Origin: Dehalococcoidia bacterium
GTDB taxonomy: Bacteria; Chloroflexota; Dehalococcoidia; Lucifugimonadales; UBA3495
Assembly: GCA_965216155.1 (NCBI GenBank)
Contig: CBDCFD010000005.1
Coordinates: 149,569-213,568, forward strand
Direction: 5' to 3'
DNA length: 64,000 bases
In this document: positions 36,661 through 44,894 of the stretch, piece by piece
Layout of the letters: each line of letters starts with the position of its first letter
Position numbering within the stretch: position 1 is the first letter of the stretch
Translations under genes and position numbers: made by a program
The notes under the pieces: model-generated
Databases searched by the model: none
Told to the model about the DNA's origin: nothing
Seen by the model: only the letters and a program-made list of their open reading frames with translations

Positions 36661-37219
36661 ACTCGGTAAAGTCCCTTTTTTCTTCTTCCGGGCTTTCGAA
36701 CGCTTCCTTGGCCGCGAGAATGTCCTCCAAGTCCTCGAATCCCTCCGGGGAAGTCATGAAGCTGCGCCACTCCTCGTAATTCGATATAAGCTCCCAACGG
36801 TTGCGGAAACCGCACAGATGGTCTGTCAGGGGATTGCCGTACTTCCGTACACCGGAGTCGAGGTTGAGGTCGCGTATTTTGTGTCTACTCTTGGCCCCGG
36901 TGGAGTAGGCATCGAAAACCATTGAAGGAAAGACCCAGACGTCTGTAATGACGCCGTCCAAGCATGTAACACACATGATGAAGAAATTGGGCCGAGGAGT
37001 GAAGTCAGGCATTTGAAACCAGCGCGGGTCTTTCCCCCCAGCGCCACTCGCTGACTTTATTTGCAGTTCGATCACTTGACCGTCGGGAAGACGCGCCAAG
37101 GCGTCCAAACCCTCATCTACCAAGGGTTTATAGACTGAAACGCCCTGCTTCAGCAGTTCACTGAATACGTGCAACTCTGCCAACTGACCGGCGACTTGCT
37201 TTGTTGATATAGTTCTCAT
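36557..37219 (-). CDS. PD-(D/E)XK (PDDEXK_5-like) domain protein with an antitoxin-like acidic C-terminal tail
   Basis: AELHVFSELLKQGVSVYKPLVDEGLDAL...IELQIKS nuclease-fold core. The tail is EDLEDILAAKEAFESPEEEKRDFTEYV. The last 104 nt overlap the RelE ORF in another frame. Confidence 0.6.
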   Translation of the reverse strand: MRTISTKQVAGQLAELHVFSELLKQGVSVYKPLVDEGLDALARLPDGQVIELQIKSASGAGGKDPRWFQMPDFTPRPNFFIMCVTCLDGVITDVWVFPSMVFDAYSTGAKSRHKIRDLNLDSGVRKYGNPLTDHLCGFRNRWELISNYEEWRSFMTSPEGFEDLEDILAAKEAFESPEEEKRDFTEYVRSESKSLSSHNRQPPGRAGVEKSPPELSPESG

Positions 37220-38203
37220 CTACCCCTCGTCCCTCAGCCACTGGGCCACCTCCTTGGCGTGGTAGCTCAGGATGATGTCGGCCCCGGCGCGGCTGATGGC
37301 CGTGAGCAGTTCCAGCGTCACCATCTTCTCGTCCAGCCAGCCGTGGCCGCCGGCGGCCTTGACCATCGAATACTCGCCGCTGACGTTGTAGGCGGCCAGG
37401 GGATGGTCGAAGCGTTCGCTGGCCCGGCGGATTACGTCCAGGTATGCCAGCGCGGGCTTCACCATGACGATGTCCGCGCCCTCGGCGATGTCGCTTTCGA
37501 TCTCGCGCATGGCCATCCGGGCGTTGGCGGGGTCCATCTGGTAGCTGCGCCGGTCGCCGAACTGGGGAGTAGAGTCAGCCGCGACGCGGAAGGGACCGTA
37601 AAAGGCCGAAGCGTACTTGGCGGCATAACCCATGATGGGCATTCCGTCGTAGCCCTCGTTGTTCAGGGCTTCGCGGATGGCCCGCACCTGGCCGTCCATC
37701 ATCGCCGACGGGGCCACCATGTCCGCGCCCGCTTGTACCTGGGTCACGGCGGTCCGCGCCAGCAGTTCCAACGTGGCGTCGTTATCCACGTGCCCATTGT
37801 CGATTACGCCGCAGTGGCCGTGATCGGTGTACTCGCACATGCAGACGTCGGTGATGACCATCATTCCGGGGGCTTCGCGTTTGATGGCGCGAATTGCTTC
37901 CTGGATGATCCCCTCGGGGTCATAGCCCTCGGAACCCAGCGGGTCCTTCTCGGCGGGCAGGCCGAAAAGCAGCACCGCCGGAACGCCCAGGTCGTAAGCT
38001 TCTCCCACCTCTTCGACGAGCCGGTCCAGCGAGAAATGGTAACAGCCCGGCATGGGCTCTATCGGTTGCCGGACGCCGGTCCCGTGGGTGACGAACAGGG
38101 GGTACACGAATTGAGAAGCCGACAGCCGGGTCTCCCTGGTCAGGTTGCGGAGAGGCTGTTGCTCCCGCAGGCGCCGAAGTCGAAGATCGGGAAAGCTCAG
38201 CAT
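37220..38203 (-). CDS. hemB: porphobilinogen synthase (Zn-type)
   Basis: 327 aa with DVCMCEYTDHGHCG and the active-site lysines. Confidence 0.95.
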   Translation of the reverse strand: MLSFPDLRLRRLREQQPLRNLTRETRLSASQFVYPLFVTHGTGVRQPIEPMPGCYHFSLDRLVEEVGEAYDLGVPAVLLFGLPAEKDPLGSEGYDPEGIIQEAIRAIKREAPGMMVITDVCMCEYTDHGHCGVIDNGHVDNDATLELLARTAVTQVQAGADMVAPSAMMDGQVRAIREALNNEGYDGMPIMGYAAKYASAFYGPFRVAADSTPQFGDRRSYQMDPANARMAMREIESDIAEGADIVMVKPALAYLDVIRRASERFDHPLAAYNVSGEYSMVKAAGGHGWLDEKMVTLELLTAISRAGADIILSYHAKEVAQWLRDEG

Positions 38204-38279
38204 GGCTATGACCTCCTCGGATGGTCAGTATGACACCCGGCAGCGTATTCCCGCCAGGCGCCCGCCAGGAATACCGGGC

Positions 38280-39803
38280 CTACGCGTTGGCGCAGTGTTC
38301 CACCAGCGCGTCCACGAGCCCTTGTACGGTATGGACCCGGGCGACCACGTCCACGCGCAACCCCAATCCAATGGCGGTGGCGGCGGTCGTGGGGCCGATG
38401 CAAGCGATGATACTCTGTTCCAGGGTCTTCCGGTCGCCGTCCAACATGTTCAACAGGTTTTCCACGGTCGAAGAACTGGTAAACGTGACAAAATCAACGT
38501 TTTGTTCCAGGGTGGACCGGGCTTTATCAGCCATTCCCTCTGCGGGGATGGTGCGGTATGCGGCTATCCGTTCCACCTTTGCTCCGCGCTCAGACAGACC
38601 GCGGGCAACGGCGTCCCGTCCAATGTCCGCTGCCGGTAGCAGCACAGGCACGCCGGTCCAATCGAGGTTTGCCAACTCGGTCACCACCACTTCGGAGACC
38701 GACCGGCTTGGTTCAAAGTCGGGAATGATCCCCCTCTGAGTGAGAGCGTTCCTGGTTGCAGGGCCGATAGCCCCGACGTTCAACCCACCGAAGGCCCGGC
38801 TGTCTTTACCCAGGAGTGTAAGGCGTTCGAACACCGCGTCGACCGCGTTAATGCTGGCAAATATGACCCACTGGAATTCGCCGAGCCGGGTGAGGGCCGA
38901 GTCCAACTCCGTGTAGTCTTCCAGGCCGACGGTCTGGATGGCCGGTATCTCAACGGGCTGGGCCCCAAGTTCCTCCAGCAGCAACCGGAATTGGGAAGCC
39001 TGGGTGCGGGAGCGGGTGATCAGCACTTTCTTGCCGAAGAGGGGGCGTTGGTCGAACCACGCCAACTCTTGGCGGAGTCCTGCCACCGGGCCAATGACGG
39101 CGGCCACGGGCGGCCTCAGTCCGGCTTCTTTGCCAAGGGTTACGGCGTTCTCCAGGTTGCCGGTGACAGTAGCCTGTTGGGGCCAGGTGCCCCACTGCAC
39201 CAGTGCAACCGGGGTCTCAGGGGGCATGGACTCGTGAATAAGAGTCTCCAGGATTGATTGGAGAGGCTGCCAGCCCATCAACACCACCAGGGTCCCGCCG
39301 GTACGGGCCAAGGCGTCCCACCTGATGACCGAGGAGTTGGGCTTGGAGGGGTCTTCGCTGCCGCTAACGACGGTGAAGGACGACGCCAACCCCCGGTGGG
39401 TTAGCGGTATTCCCGCGTATGCAGGAGCGGCGACCGCCGATGTGACGCCGGGCACGACCTCAAAGGGAATCCCGTTGTTGGCAAGGGCCAGGGCTTCTTC
39501 CCCGCCGCGGCCGAAAACGAAAGGGTCTCCGCCCTTCAAACGGACGACTACGTTGCCCGCCTTGGCCTCATCGACCAAAAACTGGTTTATCTCGCCCTGG
39601 CTCATGGCCTGCCGGTCCCGTTCCTTGCCAACGAACACACGCCGGACCCGGACCGGCGCCAAGTCCAGCAGCGCCGGGTCGAGCAGCCGGTCATACAAGA
39701 CCACCTGCGCCAACGCCAGGCAACGCGCCCCCTTGACGGTTATCAGGCCCGGGTCGCCCGGTCCAGCGCCCACGAGGTAGACTTTGCCAGCCAATTGACT
39801 CAC
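38280..39803 (-). CDS. uroporphyrinogen-III C-methyltransferase / uroporphyrinogen-III synthase fusion
   Basis: GTG start. VYLVGAGPGDPGLITVKG SUMT N-terminal domain plus a HemD-like C-terminal half. Confidence 0.9.
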   Translation of the reverse strand: MSQLAGKVYLVGAGPGDPGLITVKGARCLALAQVVLYDRLLDPALLDLAPVRVRRVFVGKERDRQAMSQGEINQFLVDEAKAGNVVVRLKGGDPFVFGRGGEEALALANNGIPFEVVPGVTSAVAAPAYAGIPLTHRGLASSFTVVSGSEDPSKPNSSVIRWDALARTGGTLVVLMGWQPLQSILETLIHESMPPETPVALVQWGTWPQQATVTGNLENAVTLGKEAGLRPPVAAVIGPVAGLRQELAWFDQRPLFGKKVLITRSRTQASQFRLLLEELGAQPVEIPAIQTVGLEDYTELDSALTRLGEFQWVIFASINAVDAVFERLTLLGKDSRAFGGLNVGAIGPATRNALTQRGIIPDFEPSRSVSEVVVTELANLDWTGVPVLLPAADIGRDAVARGLSERGAKVERIAAYRTIPAEGMADKARSTLEQNVDFVTFTSSSTVENLLNMLDGDRKTLEQSIIACIGPTTAATAIGLGLRVDVVARVHTVQGLVDALVEHCANA

Positions 39804-39837
39804 GCTCTCCTGAAATTAACCGCAGGGCGGCCGCGGG

Positions 39838-40676
39838 TTATTGACCTTCGGGCTGCTCTTGCCAGGGGTCTTTGCCGGTGAGGAAGGCCACGCGCCGGAA
39901 GATTTGCCGGGTGTCGTTCAGGACTTTTTGATAGAGTTCGTTCCGGTCGCCCAGAGGGGCGTATGGTCCATCGTATTTCAGCCTTCCGCTGTAGTCGTTG
40001 AGGCTATGCAGGGGAGACTCCAGCGGGTGGGTGAACCCCCGGTCGACCCGGCGATACGGATTTCCATGTCAACCAAGTCGTGGTGGTGCGGGTAGCGGTT
40101 TATGCGGGCCGAAATCAGGGCTTTCATCGCGTGTTCCAAAGTTTGGTGGGCCTGCTGGCCTACCATGATGCCCGTGCCGCGATTGTCTATGATCACGCGC
40201 AGCGCGTGGAGGTGCGACCTGGTATGGTAGCATCGCTGGTCGGTAACGCTCCACTCGGCGGAATAGTCCTCGTCGTCGTTGGGATATTCGTCCCCGGCGG
40301 GCCGGCCGTCCATCGTAATGCCTTCCTCTGACGCTATCGCGGCCACGCTGTTAATGCTGCGCCGCATCCGGTCGAACTCTTCGGGAGTAAACCAGATGAA
40401 ATCCACAGGAACGAACATCCCGTAAAGCGCTTTGACCTTTGCGTCGGCGGCGCGCCGGGCTTTATCCCGTATTTCGTCATCTTGCCAGCGGGGGTGGACG
40501 AGGAGAATATCCAGGTCGGAATCCTTATGATAGTCGCCCCGCGCCCGCGAGCCGAACAGGATAACGTCCTCGGCAGCCGTATCCCGCAACACGGCCTGGC
40601 CGACGGCCAGTGCGTTGCCATCGTATTGGCCGGGGCTTGCGTCTGCCAGGTAGACTTTGCCTGCCAACTGGTTCAT
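39838..40676 (-). pseudogene. fused MNT nucleotidyltransferase-HEPN protein; its first 11 codons copy cobA; frameshifted near the 3' end
   Basis: LFGSRARGD...DSDLDILLV is the MNT part and ARINRYPHHHDL is the HEPN Rx4-6H. After a G-run (complement of 40047-40049) the sensible continuation VDRGFTHPLESPLHSLNDYSGRLKYD...FLTGKDPWQEQPEGQ* lies in another frame and ends at 39838. Confidence 0.7.
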
Positions 40677-40716
40677 GCTCTCCTATCAGAATCAGGCATT
40701 GCCGAGCATCTCACGC

Positions 40717-41049
40717 TCAGAACAAGGCGGGTTGAGGGTTCCCTGTTTCGGGGAGAGCGCCCAGTAGCGCCTGCAAGTCTGCGTCCGCCAAACATTCTTC
40801 CTCGAAATGGTCGACTTCCACTTTCTCGAATGCCGCAAAATTGTAAGGCGGGTCTTGAATAGCCAGGGAAGCCTTCTCAGCGCCCATCAGCCCTAGCACT
40901 GCGGACTGGTCAGCGGCGTCAAGACACCCGACCCGATGATTACCTTCCGGGTCCTCCCATATCTCACCCTCCCGAATCCTGCAATACTTGAGCAGGCAGG
41001 CGTGTAGATCCGGGTTTCTGTCGAGCCGGGGAATAGGAAAGTTCTTCAC
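40717..41049 (-). pseudogene. N-terminal fragment of an N4/N6 DNA methyltransferase
   Basis: GEIWEDPEGNHRVGCLDAADQ...ASLAIQDPPYNF (motif IV DPPY). The ORF stops about 40 aa later, with no SAM-binding half. Confidence 0.55.
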
Positions 41050-41109
41050 GCCGTTACAACAGTGGCGCCGGTTGCAGTACGCCGCGGCGAATTTTCGACA
41101 AATCGCTGG

Positions 41110-42042
41110 TCATAACTCCTCCCACTCCACCTCCAGCAGCGGGCCGCCGCCCCGTTCCACGACGGCCAAATAGGCGTCGCTGGCTAGTTGCAGCGGGTCG
41201 TGGGTCAGGCCCTCTACCTTGGCGCGGAACGCCTTTTTCCCGTCGGGGGAACTCAGGAACACGGTCAGGAACAGGGACTCTCCCGATGCCCGCCCATAGG
41301 CTCCCACGGGGAGTTGGCAGCCGCCGCCCAGCTTTTCCAGGAATGCCCGTTCCGCGGTGACGGCGAATCTGGTCTCCGGGTGCTCGGCGGGGCGAAGCAG
41401 GTCCATGAGTTCGTTGTCGTCGGCCCTGACCTCGATGCCGAGAGCGCCTTGTCCGGGAGGAGGCACGAACCGCTGGGGAGAAAGGTACTCGGCAATGTGT
41501 TCGCTGAGACCCAGGCGGGCCAGACCGGAAGCCGCCAGGATGGCTCCGTCGTAGTCTTCGCCGGTCGCCTTGCTCAGCCGGGTGTCCACGTTGCCCCGGA
41601 TGGGAAGCACTGTTGCCTGGGGGCACAGGGTCTTCAAAAGGGCCTGACGCCTGGGGCTGCTGGTGCCGATGCGGGCCCCCTCCGGTAGCTCGGACAGGGA
41701 GCATCTCCAGCGGTTGACCAGCACGTCCCGCGGGTCCTTGCGCCGGGGAGTCGCGCCAATGGCCAGGCCCTCGGGTAGCTGGGTTGGCATGTCCTTGAGG
41801 CTGTGAACCGCCATGTCCAGGGTGCCGTCGAGCAACTGCCGTTCGATCTCTTTTACGAAGATACCCAGGCCCATGTTGGCCAAAGGCGCGGTGGGGTTGG
41901 CGTCGCCGTGGGTGCGCACGATCTCCACCTGGAACTCGACGTCCGGGTACATCCGGCGCAGGACGTCCAGGACTTCCTCGGTCTGGCGAAGGGCCAGGCC
42001 GCTGCCGCGGGTGCCGACCTTAATTACATTCCGCTGCGCCAA
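41110..42042 (-). CDS. hemC: hydroxymethylbilane synthase
   Basis: KVGTRGSGLALRQTE start, 310 aa. Confidence 0.95.
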   Translation of the reverse strand: MAQRNVIKVGTRGSGLALRQTEEVLDVLRRMYPDVEFQVEIVRTHGDANPTAPLANMGLGIFVKEIERQLLDGTLDMAVHSLKDMPTQLPEGLAIGATPRRKDPRDVLVNRWRCSLSELPEGARIGTSSPRRQALLKTLCPQATVLPIRGNVDTRLSKATGEDYDGAILAASGLARLGLSEHIAEYLSPQRFVPPPGQGALGIEVRADDNELMDLLRPAEHPETRFAVTAERAFLEKLGGGCQLPVGAYGRASGESLFLTVFLSSPDGKKAFRAKVEGLTHDPLQLASDAYLAVVERGGGPLLEVEWEEL

Positions 42043-42043
42043 G

Positions 42044-42751
42044 CTACGGCCCTCGATTCTGCTTGAGGGTGGCGCAGGGCTGGGAGCCGCACCGGTCCAC
42101 CTCGGAACACAGTTCCGGCGTGTCCGGGTTGGTCAGGTCTGACAGAAGCACAGACACAGCGTCATCCTCACGGCCTGACTGCGCCAGCTTCAGGGCCTTG
42201 GAGGTCATGCCGCACTGCCACCGCTGGCGGTCAATTCTCACCCCCATGCGTTTCACTTCCCGGCGGACCCGGGACAGCACCCTGGCGAGGTCGGACCATT
42301 CAAGGGCCGGGGATTCCTCCAACGACTCCCGCAGTTTACGGGCGAGGGCCGGGCTGGCCCCTCCGGTGGAAATGGCCAGGGTGACATCTCCCCGCTTCAC
42401 AATCGCCGGGGCGATGAAGGAACATAGCGCCGGGTCGTCCACCACATTAAGGAGTGTTCCCAACTGCTCGGCTTCCTGGGATATGCAGCGGTTCACCTCC
42501 CGCTTGTTGGTGGCCGCGATTCCCATGAACGCGCCGTCCAGGTCGCCGGGCCGGTACTTGCGCGCCTGCCACTCCAGCTTGCCTTGATCGGCAAGGGAAC
42601 GGATAGCCGGGGTAGCATCCGGGCTGATTACCGAAATCGCCGCGCCGGAGGACTGTAACTTTATAATCTTATCTTCGGCGACCGTGCCCCCTCCGAAAAC
42701 GACACAGCGCCTGCCCTTCAGGTCCAAATAGACAGGATAGTAGTCAGACAT
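42044..42751 (-). CDS. precorrin-2 dehydrogenase/sirohydrochlorin ferrochelatase (siroheme synthase N-domain type)
   Basis: YPVYLDLKGRRCVVFGGGTVAEDK Rossmann start. Confidence 0.85.
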   Translation of the reverse strand: MSDYYPVYLDLKGRRCVVFGGGTVAEDKIIKLQSSGAAISVISPDATPAIRSLADQGKLEWQARKYRPGDLDGAFMGIAATNKREVNRCISQEAEQLGTLLNVVDDPALCSFIAPAIVKRGDVTLAISTGGASPALARKLRESLEESPALEWSDLARVLSRVRREVKRMGVRIDRQRWQCGMTSKALKLAQSGREDDAVSVLLSDLTNPDTPELCSEVDRCGSQPCATLKQNRGP

Positions 42752-42763
42752 TTTCCTTGCCAG

Positions 42764-43813
42764 TTAAGAAGTTGAAACCGGGTCGGGCTGCTCGGTCACC
42801 CGGTACCGCTCGTAGTCATCCACGAAATAGCGCACCCTGGTCTTCTTGTACTCCCTGGTGCTGTAGAGCATCAGCCGTTCCGATATACCGGTGGCCTGGC
42901 TGATCTCCTGCTCGATCTCCTCGCAGCCTTCCGGCGTGGTTGCATGCACCATGGTGAAATGAGTGTAGGGCCAATCGGGGAAGGTGGGCCGTTGGTAACA
43001 GTGGGTCACTGCCTTGTGTCCGGCCATCGTCATCCCCACTTCCTCGGAACGCTCTTCGGGCACCTTCCATACGATCATCGCGTTGGCGCGGAACCCGGAC
43101 CGGCGGTGGTGCAGCACGGCGCTGTACCTGCGCATGATCCGCCGCTCCTGGAAATCCTCGGCCATGGCGAACAATTCTTCGGTCGTCTTACCCAGTTTCC
43201 GGGCCATAGCGTCGAAGGGCCTGGGGGTCAGCTCGAGGTCTTCCTGCAACTCGCGGATGCCAGCCATGTCCTCGTCCGTGAGCTCGACAGCCTTATTCCA
43301 GCTCTCGGCGGCGGACTTGTCGTAGCCGTCGGGGCTGTAATTGTAGGACGATCCCTTTTGCTGGACCATGTCGAAATTCACGCCAATCTTGAAGAAACGG
43401 ATCGTCGGCATGATGCGGCAATTCAGGGCCTTGGTCTCCCGGGCCATGAACTGGACGGTGGAATCGAGGTCATGGTCCGGCGGCACCGCCAGCGTAAACC
43501 AAAGGTTGTAGTAGGACCCTTCCCTGGCGTAATTGTGGCTGACGCCTGGGTGGTGGTTGATCCAGAGGGCGCTACGGTGAAGGTCCTCCGGATCAAAGGC
43601 CATGGCCACCAAGGTGGTCTTATATCCCAGGCGGCGGGTGTCGAAAATGGCGCTGACCTGCCGGAGGACGTTCTGGCGTTTCAACTCGGCCATACGCGTC
43701 AGCACTTCATCTTCGCGTATATCCAACTCCTCGCCCAACTCGGCATAAGGACGGTCCACCATCGGGAAGCGGCTCTGGATCAGGTTCAGCAGCTTTCTGT
43801 CGGTAAGGTCCAT
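42764..43813 (-). CDS. siroheme decarboxylase, fused AhbA/AhbB (NirDL-like)
   Basis: ATG (complement of 43811-43813) after AAGGAG. Two Lrp/AsnC-like halves (MDLTDRKLLNLIQSRFP... and LTDEDMAGIRELQEDLELTPRPF...). Confidence 0.8.
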   Translation of the reverse strand: MDLTDRKLLNLIQSRFPMVDRPYAELGEELDIREDEVLTRMAELKRQNVLRQVSAIFDTRRLGYKTTLVAMAFDPEDLHRSALWINHHPGVSHNYAREGSYYNLWFTLAVPPDHDLDSTVQFMARETKALNCRIMPTIRFFKIGVNFDMVQQKGSSYNYSPDGYDKSAAESWNKAVELTDEDMAGIRELQEDLELTPRPFDAMARKLGKTTEELFAMAEDFQERRIMRRYSAVLHHRRSGFRANAMIVWKVPEERSEEVGMTMAGHKAVTHCYQRPTFPDWPYTHFTMVHATTPEGCEEIEQEISQATGISERLMLYSTREYKKTRVRYFVDDYERYRVTEQPDPVSTS

Positions 43814-43866
43814 GACTTCACTCACTCCTTTCGGAGAATGGTCCCGGGCAACCAGCGGCGCCGCAA

Positions 43867-44463
43867 TCAGCCGCGGCTCTGGTAAGACTCGGCGACGCCT
43901 ATCAACACGCGGTCCGCCAGTTCCAGTATACGACTCCGGTGCTGAGGTTCGGCGGAGTCTAGCACCAACGAACGGAAGAAAACAAACGCTTCCAGGGTAT
44001 CGCTGAGGGGAACACCGCGTTCGGCCATTGCTGTGCCGTATTCGCGGCCCAGGGAGTTTGACTCGGAAAGTGTGTCCTGGCGTCTCCGGCGCTGTTGGGG
44101 TTCCTGGGCCAGCAGGGACAGCAGCCTGCGGCCAAAGAGCCGCATCCTGACTCGTCCTTCTTCCTCGACGCTCTGGTACCAGGGCTGCCGGGCGACCTTG
44201 TCCTGGTGCAACCGGCGGCGGATACGCTTGAGGGCGGATCCCTCCAATGTGCCGTCGCCGTTGGCCTGGGGCGCTGGAGGGGGAGGACCGGTCAGGGCCA
44301 TGACGTCCCCGCTCCAGAACCGGCGGTGTCCACCGGGTGTGCGGTAGACTCGCAGGTACCCGTTGTCGGCCCATTGGCGGAGGGTGGCTTCGTTGACCTC
44401 CAGCAAGCGGCAAGCGTCGCCCAGGGAGAGCCAACGTGCCTCTTCGACCGGCAATTTAACCAC
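43867..44463 (-). CDS. MerR/excisionase-type HTH regulator with an uncharacterised C-terminal helical domain
   Basis: LSLGDACRLLEVNEATLRQWADNGYLRVYRTPGGHRRF. First gene of the heme cluster. Confidence 0.7.
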   Translation of the reverse strand: MVKLPVEEARWLSLGDACRLLEVNEATLRQWADNGYLRVYRTPGGHRRFWSGDVMALTGPPPPAPQANGDGTLEGSALKRIRRRLHQDKVARQPWYQSVEEEGRVRMRLFGRRLLSLLAQEPQQRRRRQDTLSESNSLGREYGTAMAERGVPLSDTLEAFVFFRSLVLDSAEPQHRSRILELADRVLIGVAESYQSRG

Positions 44464-44647
44464 GAAAAATATCCAGAAATCTAAAGAATTCTAGCTGTTC
44501 ATGAAAACCATCGTGGAGACTACCATAGCAGGGGATTCCAGTCAACGGCTGGAACACTGCGAGAGACGATTGCGAAACTCGGGATTGGGGTGGTTCGACC
44601 GGGTTTTGGAGGCTAGAGGCTACGAAATACGGAGCGGGTAGAATCAT

Positions 44648-44690
44648 TAGAAAGGGGCCTTGCAGAGAGTGATTGCAGGCCCCTTTAGGC
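44648..44690 (-). terminator. GC-rich hairpin downstream of the remnant ORF
   Basis: aaaggggccttgca...tgcaggccccttt forms a ~13-bp stem with one bulge. Confidence 0.45.
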
Positions 44691-44713
44691 ATTATTCCGA
44701 AGGCTTTTGGTCC

Positions 44714-44890
44714 TTACTTGGCCGGCGTTGCCGGCAACGGGGATGCGGTGGTGAACTGAAGGCCGTCTCCGTCGCAGGGAGTGGTTGGCGTGGGTGGGAC
44801 CAGAGTGGGTCCAGCGCCGTACCGGCTCTCGTAGTAGGCGGATAGCTTGGATACGGTGGCGTCGTTAAGAGAGTCGGGGACCGCGATGGC
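44714..44890 (-). pseudogene. possible 3'-terminal remnant of a truncated gene
   Basis: Strongly GC3-rich codons for ...YGAIAVPDSLNDATVSKLSAYYESRYGAGPTLVPP...PATPAK*. The coding signal disappears upstream of about 44895. Confidence 0.3.
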
Positions 44891-44894
44891 GCCG

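Noticed and set aside
43814-44434. Long N-terminal extension of the ahbAB ORF (42764..44434, 556 aa).
   Set aside because: The extension is Pro/Arg-rich and overlaps the HTH regulator gene in another frame. The AAGGAG RBS and MDLTDRKLL start are at 43813.
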